From assembly GCA_963747235.1 (NCBI GenBank), contig CAVVEU010000040.1:384001-448000 (forward strand): a stretch of 64,000 bases of DNA, read 5' to 3'. Made by a program: the position numbers and the translations under genes. Shown here piece after piece: positions 42,942 through 52,982 of the stretch (the stretch's first letter is position 1; each line of letters starts with the position of its first letter). Below the pieces are notes generated by a model. That model was not told where the DNA came from. It searched no databases and worked only from the letters and a program-made list of their open reading frames with translations. This DNA comes from an uncultured Candidatus Rokubacteria bacterium. GTDB taxonomy: Bacteria; Methylomirabilota; Methylomirabilia; Rokubacteriales; CSP1-6.

Positions 42942-43725
42942 GTGAATGCGGCCGTGGGCGCCGATATTCTGTCCGTGCGGAACGTCTCGATGCGCTTCGG
43001 GGGTATCGTCGCCCTCGACGACGTCTCCTTCGACATGGCGCCGGGCCACATCGTCGGGCTGATCGGCCCCAACGGCGCGGGCAAGACCACGCTGTTCAAC
43101 TGCGTGAGCCGGCTCTACACGCCGAACAGCGGCGACCTGCTCTACGAGGGCCAGCTCGATCATCCGCGACACCCCGCATCACGTGGCCGCGCTCGGCATC
43201 GGCCGCACGTTCCAGAACCTCGCGCTGTTCCCCAGCATGACCGTGCTCCAGAACGTGATGGTGGGCGTGCACGCGCGCACCGGGAGCGACTTCCTGAGCA
43301 ACGCGCTCCGCCTGCCGTCGGTGCGGCGCGAGGAGCGGATGATGCGCGACGCCGCGATGGAGGTCATCGGCTTCCTCGAGCTCGAGCGCGTCGCCGCGCA
43401 TCCCGCCGCGGGCCTGCCGTTCGGCACGCTCAAGCGCGTGGAGCTGGCGCGCGCCCTCGCGGGCAATCCCAAGCTCCTGCTGGTGGACGAGCCGGCGGGC
43501 GGCCTCAACCACGAAGAGGTCGGGACGCTCGGCGGCATCCTGCGCGCCATCCGGGACCGGCGAGGCGTGACCGTGCTCCTGGTGGAGCATCACATGAGCC
43601 TGGTCATGCAGGTGTCCGACCGGGTGGTGGTGCTCGACTTCGGCCGGAAGATCGCGGAGGGGCCGCCCGCCGCGATCCAGCGCGATCCCGAAGTGATCCG
43701 CGCCTATCTCGGGAGCGCGGCCTGA
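42942..43725 (+). CDS. Branched-chain amino acid ABC ATP-binding protein LivG-like (frameshifted)
   Basis: [28 protein letters not shown]. Confidence 0.88.
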
Positions 43726-44441
43726 TGCCCGCCCTGCTGGAGGCGCAGGACCTGGAGGCGCAGTACGGGTGGACCAAGGTCCTGCACGGCCTCTCGTTCG
43801 CGGTGGAGACGGGCGGGATCACCACCATCCTGGGCGCCAACGGAGCCGGCAAGACGACGACGCTCCGGGCCGTCTGTCAGATGGTCAAGACCAGCGGCCA
43901 GGTGCGCTTCGACGGCCAGCGCATCGACGGCAAGACCACCGAGGACATCGTCCGCCTCGGCATCGCCCACACCCCGGAGGGACGCGGCACCTTCGTGGAC
44001 CTGACGGTGGAGGAGAACCTCCGGCTCGGCGCCTACGCGCGCCGGGACAAGTCCAGGCTCGCGGAGCGACTACGAGAAGATCTACGAGTACTTCCCGGTG
44101 CTCGCGCAGCGGCGCCGGCAGCAGGCGGGCACGCTCTCCGGGCGGCGAGCAGCAGATGCTCGCGGTGGCGCGCGAGCCTCATGTCGCGCCCGCGACTCCT
44201 GCTGCTGGACGAGCCCTCCCTGGGCCTGGCCCCGCTCGTGGTCCGGGAGATCTTTCGCATCGTGCGAACCATCAATCAGGAGGAAAGCGTGAGTGTGCTA
44301 CTGGTGGAACAGAACGCGGCCATGGCGCTCGATCTGGCCGACCACGCTTACCTGCTCGAGACGGGCCGGGTGGTCATGTCGGGCCCGGCCGCCGATCTGA
44401 AGAAGGACGATGCGATCCGCCGCTCCTACCTGGGATACTGA
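43725..44441 (+). CDS. Branched-chain amino acid ABC ATP-binding protein LivF-like (frameshifted)
   Basis: GANGAGKTT, PEGRG.F, DEPSLGLAP, VEQN, YLG. Confidence 0.88.
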   Translation: MPALLEAQDLEAQYGWTKVLHGLSFAVETGGITTILGANGAGKTTTLRAVCQMVKTSGQVRFDGQRIDGKTTEDIVRLGIAHTPEGRGTFVDLTVEENLRLGAYARRDKSRLAERLREDLRVLPGARAAAPAAGGHALRAASSRCSRWRASLMSRPRLLLLDEPSLGLAPLVVREIFRIVRTINQEESVSVLLVEQNAAMALDLADHAYLLETGRVVMSGPAADLKKDDAIRRSYLGY

Positions 44442-44444
44442 CCC

Positions 44445-45326
44445 GTGGACATCCTGATCCAGCAGATCGTGTCGGGGCTGGCCACCGGCGGCATCTACGC
44501 GAGCCTCGCCCTGGCTCTCGTGATGATCTACCAGGCCACCGACGTCGTGAACTTCGCTCAGGGCAACATGGCCATGTTCAGCACCTATCTCGCCTGGTCC
44601 CTGCTGCAGGCGGGCCTGCCCTACTGGGTGACGTTCGGCGCGACGGTGATCATCGCCTTCGTGGGCGGACTCCTGATCGAGCGCGTGGTGATCCGGCCGG
44701 TGGAGGGCGCCCCCATCCTCACCATCGTGATCGTGACCCTGGGACTGCTCGTCATCTTCACCAGCGTGGCCGGCTGGATCTACTCCTATATCCAGAAGCC
44801 GTTCCCGAGCCCCTTCCCGGACAAGCCGATCAAGATCGGCAACATCGTCTTCGGCGCCCATGACCTGGGGGCGATCGGCATCACCTTGATCGTCCTGCTC
44901 CTGCTCTTCCTCTTCTTCCGCTTCACGACGCTCGGACTGGCCATGCGCGCCGCCGCGCAGAATCCGGTCTCGAGCCGGCTGTGCGGCATCCGCGTGAGCT
45001 GGATGCTCGGGCTCGGGTGGGGGCTGGCCGCCGCCTTCGGGGCGGTGGCGGGCATGATGGTGGCGCCGGTGGTCTTCCTCGACCCGAACATGATGGGCGG
45101 CATCCAGATCTACGCCTTCGCGGCGGCGACGGTGGGCGGCTTCACGAGCCCGATGGGCGCCGTGGTCGGCGGCTTCCTGGTGGGCGTGACCGAGAACCTC
45201 GTGGGAACCTACGTCTCGTTCATCGGCACCGAGCTCAAGCTCACGGTGGCGCTGGCCATGATCATCATCGTGCTGCTCGTGAGGCCCACCGGTCTCTTCG
45301 GCCGCACCACCGTGCGCCGGGTCTAG
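44445..45326 (+). CDS. Branched-chain amino acid ABC permease LivH-like
   Basis: GL..GGIYA, VNFAQG, G.AMRA.AQN, RPTGLFG. Confidence 0.9.
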   Translation: MDILIQQIVSGLATGGIYASLALALVMIYQATDVVNFAQGNMAMFSTYLAWSLLQAGLPYWVTFGATVIIAFVGGLLIERVVIRPVEGAPILTIVIVTLGLLVIFTSVAGWIYSYIQKPFPSPFPDKPIKIGNIVFGAHDLGAIGITLIVLLLLFLFFRFTTLGLAMRAAAQNPVSSRLCGIRVSWMLGLGWGLAAAFGAVAGMMVAPVVFLDPNMMGGIQIYAFAAATVGGFTSPMGAVVGGFLVGVTENLVGTYVSFIGTELKLTVALAMIIIVLLVRPTGLFGRTTVRRV

Positions 45327-45329
45327 CTG

Positions 45330-46348
45330 GCGGGCCCGGCTGGCGGCGAAGCGGTCGGCGGGCGGTCGCGCCGCATCCGGCGCCGCAGTCGCCCCTGGCT
45401 GGTCGCGTGTCGCGGTCCTGCGTGGCGGCAACGCTCCCCTTCTTCGTGAGCGGCTTCCGGCTCTTCCAGTTCACCCAGGTCCTGACCTACGCCATCGCGC
45501 TCCTCGGACTCAACATGCTGACCGGCTACAACGGCCAGTTCTCGCTCGGGCCACGGCGCCTTCTACGGGATCGGAGCCTACACCACCGCCATCATGATCG
45601 ACCGCTGGGACATCGGGTACGGCTGGACGATTCTCGCCGCCGGGATCGTCTGCCTGGTCGTCGGGTTCCTCTTCGGCCGGCCCGCCCTGCGGCTGGAAGG
45701 CCTCTACCTCGCCCTCGCCACCTTCTCGCTGGCTCTGGCGGTGCCGCAGATCCTCAAGTACTTCGAGCACTGGACCGGCGGCTCCCAGGGGATCGTGCTG
45801 AGCAAGCCCAAGGCGCCCTTCGGCCTGCGGCTCACCGAGGACCAGTGGCTCTACTTCCTGACGCTCGCGGTGACGATCGTGCTCTTCGTCCTGGCCCGGA
45901 ACCTCCTGCGGCGGGCGCGTCGGGCGCGCCATCGTGGCCATCCGGGACAACCACATCGCCGCCGAGGCCATGGGTGTCGACAACGCCCTCTACAAGTCGG
46001 TGGTGTTCGGGGTCAGCGCGGCCTACACCGGGATCGCGGGGCGCCCTCAGCGCGCTCGCCATCGCCTTCGTGGCGCCCGACACCTTCGACGTCTTCCTGT
46101 CCATCACGCTCCTGACCGGGATCGTCATCGGCGGATTCGGCGACGATCTCGGGCGCCATCTACGGCGCCTGTTCATCCAGTTCGTGCCCAACTGGGCCCA
46201 GGACATCTCCAAGGCCGCTCCCTGGGCCATCTTCGGCGTCTTCCTGATCCTCTTCATGTACGTGATGCCCCGCGGCATCGCCGGCTTCCTGCACCTGGTG
46301 TGGATCCGGCTGACCGCGTCGGCAGTTTCAAGAGAGCAGGGCCGGTGA
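45330..46348 (+). CDS. Branched-chain amino acid ABC permease LivM-like (several frameshifts; start uncertain)
   Basis: LNMLTGYNGQFSLG, RLEGLYLALAT, AIRDN..AAEAMG, MPRGI. Confidence 0.8.
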
Positions 46349-46402
46349 GCGGAGGCCAGGGGCCCGCCCGGCAGTCACCCTCAACCTGAACGGGAGGCAA
46401 AC

Positions 46403-47617
46403 ATGAGTGCTATTCACGCGGTTCATTGCGCTGCTGCTGGTGGGCGGCCTGGCCGGCGCCGGCGGGGCGGCGGCCCAGACGGTGGTCGGCGTCACCGCCA
46501 CCGAGATCAAGATCGGCAACACCAACCCCTACAGCGGTCCGGCGTCCGCCTACGGGACCATCGGCAAGGTCATCGGCGCCTACTTCAAGAAGGTCAACGA
46601 CGAGGGCGGGGTCAACGGCCGCAAGATCAACTACATCACCCTCGACGACGAGTACAGCCCGCCCAAGACGGTGGAGATGGTCCGGCGGCTCGTCGAGCAG
46701 GACCAGGTGGCGCTCCTCTTCCAGACCCTGGGCACGCCTCCCAACAGCGCCATCCACAAGTACGTGAACCAGCAGAAGGTGCCGCACCTCTTCGTGGCCA
46801 CCGGCGCCACCAAGTGGAACGACCCGAAGAACTTCCCGTGGACCATGGGCTACCAGCCCAACTACCAGACCGAGGGCCGGATCTACGCGGCGTACGTGCT
46901 CAAGAACGTGCCCGACGCCAAGGTCGGCATCCTGTACCAGAACGACGACTACGGGAAGGACTACCTGAAGGGCTTCGAGGACGGACTCGGGGACGCGGCC
47001 AAGAAGCTGATCGTGATGAAGCAGAGCTACGAGGTGACCGATCCCACGATCGACTCGCAGATCGTGAACCTCAAGAACAGCGGCGCCAACGTGTTCTTCA
47101 ACATCACGATCCCGAAGTTCGCGGTGCAGGCCATCAAGAAGGCCACACGACATCGGCTGGAAGCCGCTGCACTTCCTGAACAACGTGTCGAGCTCGCTCG
47201 GCACCGTGCTGAAGCCGGCCGGCCTCGAGGCCTCCCGGGGCCTGATCACCGCGCTCTACATGAAGGAGATCACCGACCCTCAGTGGAAGAACGACAAGGG
47301 CTTCACCGACTGGGTCGCCTTCATGAAGAAGTACTATCCGGAGGGCGCGATGGACGACCAGGCCAACGCCTTCGGCTACAACGTGGCGATCCTGATGACC
47401 CAGGTGCTCAAGCAGTGCGGCAACGACCTGTCCCGCGAGAACATCATGAGGCAGGCGGCCAACGTGAAGAACTTCGAGCTGCCGCTCCTGCTGCCCGGCA
47501 TCAAGGTCAACACGAGCCCGACCGACTCACGCCCCCATCGAGCAGGAGCAGCTCGCCAAGTTCGACGGCGAGAAGTGGGCGCTATTCGGCGAGGTGCTCG
47601 ACGCCTTCCGCAAGTAA
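46403..47617 (+). CDS. Periplasmic substrate-binding protein, LivJ/PBP1 type (frameshifted)
   Basis: Signal peptide, GVTATEIKIG..PYSGPASAYG, VNDEGGVNGRKI, YQNDDYGKDY; stop TAA 47615-47617. Confidence 0.88.
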
Positions 47618-47641
47618 GCAGTCTGCTGGACGGCAACACAA

Positions 47642-47672
47642 GACCGGCGGGGTCACCCCCGCCGGTCGTTTC
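47642..47672 (+). terminator. Intrinsic terminator-like hairpin between convergent genes
   Basis: GACCGGCGGGG-TCAC-CCCCGCCGGTC followed by GTTTC. Confidence 0.65.
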
Positions 47673-47686
47673 TTGCCCGGATCCGG

Positions 47687-48184
47687 TTACTGGCCCTGGA
47701 CCGCGGAGGGGAGCACGGCGGGAGCGGGGGCGGCCGACGCATGGCCGGGCTCGAGGCCCATCGGGCCGCCGCAGCCCATCGGGCCGGAGGCCTGCCCGGA
47801 CGGGCACGACCCCAGCGCGGCGAGCGCGGTCGGTCGCGGAGCATTGCCACCGTCGGTGGCCATGGGGCTCTCCGGCGCGGCGGTGGTCGCGAACGCGGCG
47901 GGGACCGATTTGTCCGAGCCCGGACCGCCACAACCCATCGGACCGGACGCCTCCCGCTCGCTGCAGGTATAGATGCCCTCCAGCGAGGCGGCGCGCTGCT
48001 TCTCGCGGCCGTTGGCCACGATGAGGTAGCCCACGATCAGCGCGATGGCGCCCGCCGCGGAGGCCATGGCCAGCATGAGCTGGGGATCCATGGCGTGCGC
48101 CGGGGCCGGCGCGGCCAGCGTCAGCAGCCCGACCAGGACCAGGGCCACGGCCACGAGCTGGAACCAGGGGGTGTGGCGTTCCAT
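47687..48184 (-). CDS. Small membrane-anchored protein with a duplicated C-x5-ASGPMGCGGP motif
   Basis: Signal peptide (..APAPAHA), TM helix, then CSEREASGPMGCGGP and CPSGQASGPMGCGGP. Confidence 0.65.
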   Translation of the reverse strand: MERHTPWFQLVAVALVLVGLLTLAAPAPAHAMDPQLMLAMASAAGAIALIVGYLIVANGREKQRAASLEGIYTCSEREASGPMGCGGPGSDKSVPAAFATTAAPESPMATDGGNAPRPTALAALGSCPSGQASGPMGCGGPMGLEPGHASAAPAPAVLPSAVQGQ

Positions 48185-48248
48185 GCCCCCGAGTATATGC
48201 CAGGCTCTTTTTCTCTCCACCAGGGAAAGCACCAGCCCTGGCGGGGGC

Positions 48249-49205
48249 CTAGAAGACGGCGATCGGGTTGACCGGGGAGCCGGTCACGCCCTTGAGCCGG
48301 AGCGGGGCGATGGTCAGCAGGAACTCCCAGCGCTTGAGCCGGACCGCCGTCCGGGCCAGGTCCTCCAGGTTGGCGTTGTCGATCAGCCAGAGGCCCATGG
48401 CCACCAGGCAGACCACGTGGAAGGAGTTACCCATCGACGGGTACGGCAGCGGGGTGACGTCGTTGTGGGTGTCGGTGCCGACCATGGCCACCCCCCGCTC
48501 GCGCAGCCAGGGGCAGCACGCCGCGTGGAGCGCCGGGTTGCCGGCCTGGAGCGGGTTCACCGGGCCCTCCGCGAGCCGCCGGCCATAGTAGCCGGTGCGC
48601 ACCAGGAGGATATCGCCCGGCTCCACGCGGACCCCGGCGGCCTTCTCGGCCGCCTCGAGATCCTCCGGCATCACGCCCACCCCCGCCTCGAGCCACGGCA
48701 CGCCCTTCGTTCGCGCGACATCCAGCAGCACCCCGCGGCTGACTACCCCGTCGCGCAGCACCTCCACCGAGTTCACGGTGGCCCCCTCGCGCGAGGTCAC
48801 CGCGTTGCACGAGCGGCCGTTGTAGAGCTTGCCGTCCCAGAAGTAGTGCGACGGCGCGTCCACGTGGGTGATGGAGTAGCCGTGGAAGACCATGCCGATG
48901 AACTCGGCCGCCCCGCGGCGCTGCAGCGCGCGCTCCGGGGACACGGTGTCGCGGCCCTCGCCGGAGTCGACCATGAAGCGCATGGGCTGGACGGTGGTGT
49001 CGGCGGCGATGTCGGTGGTGATGGGGCGGGCGCAGGTGACGCTCTCGCCGTGGGTGACGAGGCGCCCCGCGGCCTGGCGCTTGGCGGGGGTGATGAGATT
49101 GATGGTGCCCAGCTCGTCCTCGCTCCCCCAGCGGCCCCAGTTCGAGAGCGTCTTCAGGTACTCGCGGACTTCTGATTCCGAGGGCGCCTCCGGGGGAGCG
49201 GGCAC
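48249..49205 (-). CDS. Cyclase family (kynurenine formamidase-like) metal hydrolase
   Basis: NWGRWG.EDELGTIN, HGYSITHVDAPSH, GDILLVRTG, GTD, GSPVNPIA. Confidence 0.88.
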   Translation of the reverse strand: MPAPPEAPSESEVREYLKTLSNWGRWGSEDELGTINLITPAKRQAAGRLVTHGESVTCARPITTDIAADTTVQPMRFMVDSGEGRDTVSPERALQRRGAAEFIGMVFHGYSITHVDAPSHYFWDGKLYNGRSCNAVTSREGATVNSVEVLRDGVVSRGVLLDVARTKGVPWLEAGVGVMPEDLEAAEKAAGVRVEPGDILLVRTGYYGRRLAEGPVNPLQAGNPALHAACCPWLRERGVAMVGTDTHNDVTPLPYPSMGNSFHVVCLVAMGLWLIDNANLEDLARTAVRLKRWEFLLTIAPLRLKGVTGSPVNPIAVF

Positions 49206-49222
49206 GATGGCCGGGCCGGGCG

Positions 49223-50149
49223 CTACTTCTTCTCGCCCGAGTAGATCTTCATCACGGTGTCCAGGAACCGCAGCGCGTGGTCGCGCGGCCGCTGGAACGA
49301 GTTGCGCCCGATGATGGAGCCGAAGCCGCCGCCGTCGCGGATGCCGCGGCACTCGTCGAAGATCGCCTCGTCGTTCTCCTTGGTGGCTCCGCCCGAGAAG
49401 ATCACGATGCGGCGTCCGTTGAAGGAGGACTGCACCACGTGCCGCACCCGCTCGCTGAGGGTGGCCATCGGCACCTTGGCCTTCTCGTAGGCCTTCTTGG
49501 CCTCGGCCTGCTCGATGTGATCGGTGGGCGGCTTCACCTTGATGACGTGGGCGCCGAGCTGGGCCGCGATCTGGGCCGCGTAGGCCACCACGTCCAGCCC
49601 GGTTTCACCGGCCTTGCTCACGTCCGTGCCGCGCGGATAGGACCACACCACCGCGGCGAGCCCGCTGGCCTTGGCCTCCTGGATCATCTCGCGGCACTGC
49701 TGGTACATGATCTGGGCCTGCGACGAGCCCGGGTAGATCGTGAAGCCCACCGCCACGCAGCCGAGCCGGAGCGCGTCCTTGACCGAGCCGGTCACCGCGG
49801 AGAGCGGGTCCTTCTCGTCGTGGAGCACGTCGTGGTTGTTCATCTTGAGGATCAGCGGCACCTCGCCCGCGAACTCGGCGGCCCCCGCCTCCAGGAAGCC
49901 GAGCGGCGCCGCGTAGGCGTTGCAGCCGGCGTCGATGGCGAGCTGGAAGTGATACGACGGGTCGTAGCCGGCGGGGTTCACCGCGAAGCTGCGCGCGGGG
50001 CCGTGCTCGAAGCCCTGGTCCACCGGCAGGATGACCAGCTTCCCGGTGCCGGCCAGGCGTCCGTGATTCAGCAGCCGCGCGATGTTGGTGCGCGTGCCCG
50101 GGCTGTCGCTGCTGTACCAGCTCAGGATCTCCTTCACTCGCGATTCCAT
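49223..50149 (-). CDS. fbaB: Class I fructose-bisphosphate aldolase (FbaB/DhnA type)
   Basis: ILPVDQGFEHGP, GFTIYPGS, WSYPRG, IKVK, GSIIGRNSFQR; own AAAGGAG RBS before ATG 50149. Confidence 0.9.
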   Translation of the reverse strand: MESRVKEILSWYSSDSPGTRTNIARLLNHGRLAGTGKLVILPVDQGFEHGPARSFAVNPAGYDPSYHFQLAIDAGCNAYAAPLGFLEAGAAEFAGEVPLILKMNNHDVLHDEKDPLSAVTGSVKDALRLGCVAVGFTIYPGSSQAQIMYQQCREMIQEAKASGLAAVVWSYPRGTDVSKAGETGLDVVAYAAQIAAQLGAHVIKVKPPTDHIEQAEAKKAYEKAKVPMATLSERVRHVVQSSFNGRRIVIFSGGATKENDEAIFDECRGIRDGGGFGSIIGRNSFQRPRDHALRFLDTVMKIYSGEKK

Positions 50150-50177
50150 GGTGCCCGCTCCTTTCCCGACCCGGAGG

Positions 50178-51181
50178 TCAGCGACGGTAGATACGTCGTC
50201 GGCCGTCGCCACGTCCTCGGAGCTGCCGAGGATGACCGCCGCGCGCTGGTGATATTCGGTGGCGACCAGATCGAGCACGCGCTCGAGCCCGGTGCTCGCG
50301 CGGCCGCCCGCCTGCTCGCAGATCAGGGCCATCGGCGCGACCTCGTAGAGCAGCCGCAGCTTGGCCTTCGGCTTCTTCGGATCGCTCCAGTCCGCGGGGT
50401 ACATGAAGAGCCCGCCGTCCAGCAGGGTGCGGTGCACGTCGGCGACCATCGCCCCCGAGTAGCGGAGCGAGTAGGGCCGGCCCGCCGCCTTGTCCGGCGT
50501 CTTCAGATGCTCGACGAAGGCGCGCTGGCCCGGATGCCACGAGTGGAGGTTGCCCTCGTTGATCCCGTAGGTCTTGCCGCGCCGGGGAATCCGCATGTCG
50601 GGATGCGTGAGCAGGAACTCGCCGGACTCCCGATCGAGGGTGAAGCCGTGCGTGCCCTGCCCCACCGTGTAGACGAGCGTGGTGGCGGGCCCGTACATCA
50701 CGTAGCCGGCCGCGATCTGATCGGTGCCGCGCCCGAGCGCGGCCGGCCCCGCGGGCGTCTTGCCCCTCGACGGCCGCAGCGAGAAGATCGTGCCCACCGC
50801 CCCGTTGACGTCGAGGTTCGAGGAGCCGTCCACCGGATCCGCGCAGACCACGAGGGCGTGCGTGCCGCCCGCGTCCATCTCGACCGGCTCGGCGGCTTCC
50901 TCGGAGATCAGCGCGGCGCACGCGCCGGTCTCCCGGAGCGCGCTCACCATGGTGTCGTGGCCCCAGACGTCGAGCTTCTTGACCTGGTCGCCGGTGGCGT
51001 TGTCGCCGCCCACGTAGCCGAGCTGATCGCGGAGCGCGGCGTGGGCCAGCTCCTGCGCGATCACGGCGGCGACGCGCCCGATACGACCGACGACGGCGGC
51101 CACGTTCCGGGCATGCTCGGTCGAGAGCGAGGCTTGCTGGGTCGAGAGATGTTCCGATAGCGTCATCGGCGAGTCGGCCAT
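50178..51181 (-). CDS. fbp: Class 1 fructose-1,6-bisphosphatase
   Basis: GDQVKKLD, SEE, DPVDGSSNLD, RYSG.MVADVHR, KLRLLYEV.PMA, HQR. Confidence 0.92.
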
Positions 51182-51282
51182 GGAATCCTCTCGTCGTTGA
51201 GTCGGATGGCGCGATGCAGAGCGCCTCTCGACGATGCTAGACGATCACCCGTACTCAGTCAACACACGCAGGTCTTGCGGAC

Positions 51283-51300
51283 TTGTGCTTAGATGCACAA
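51283..51300. promoter_or_regulatory. Palindromic operator TTGTGC-N6-GCACAA (CRP/FNR-like geometry)
   Basis: Perfect palindrome in the AT-richer divergent fbp/MFS intergenic region, 3 nt before ATG 51304. Confidence 0.45.
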
Positions 51301-51303
51301 ATC

Positions 51304-52521
<1,218 letters not shown>

Positions 52522-52589
52522 GGCATTCGTATCCCGGGCGCATCCCGGGGCATCCCCGGGGCATCATAGGGAACGGGAGGCGATCATCC

Positions 52590-52982
52590 ATGAAGACGAT
52601 CACGGCGCTCGGGCTGGTGGCGGCGGTGATCATGGCCCTGGGCCTGACCACGATGCCGACGCCCGCGGCGGCGGTGAGCGCGCCGTCGGGCATCGATTCG
52701 CGGATCCGGCTCGACTGGGAGGCGGGAACCCGGCGCGGGGGCAAGCCGGCGATCCAGGGCTACGTCTACAACGACTACGGCCGCCCGGCGACGGACGTCC
52801 ACCTGCTGGTGGAGACGCTCGACGCCTCCGGCGCGGTGATCGCGAAGACGATCGGCTTCGTGCAGGGCGTCGTCCAGTTCAACGATCGCGTCTACTTCGA
52901 GGTGCCGCTCAAGGCGACCGGCGCATCCTACCGGGTCACCGTGACCTCGTTCGACTGGAAGGGCGGCGGCGGCGGGATGTAA
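52590..52982 (+). CDS. Secreted FxLYD-like domain protein
   Basis: GGAGG RBS, signal peptide, GYVYND...V.L.VE.LDASG.V...VYFEVP. Confidence 0.7.
   Translation: MKTITALGLVAAVIMALGLTTMPTPAAAVSAPSGIDSRIRLDWEAGTRRGGKPAIQGYVYNDYGRPATDVHLLVETLDASGAVIAKTIGFVQGVVQFNDRVYFEVPLKATGASYRVTVTSFDWKGGGGGM

Noticed and set aside
52531-52565. Short tandem (G)CATCCC(C)GGG x3 upstream of the secreted protein
   Set aside because: Too short, with no spacers. Not CRISPR-like and no evidence of function.
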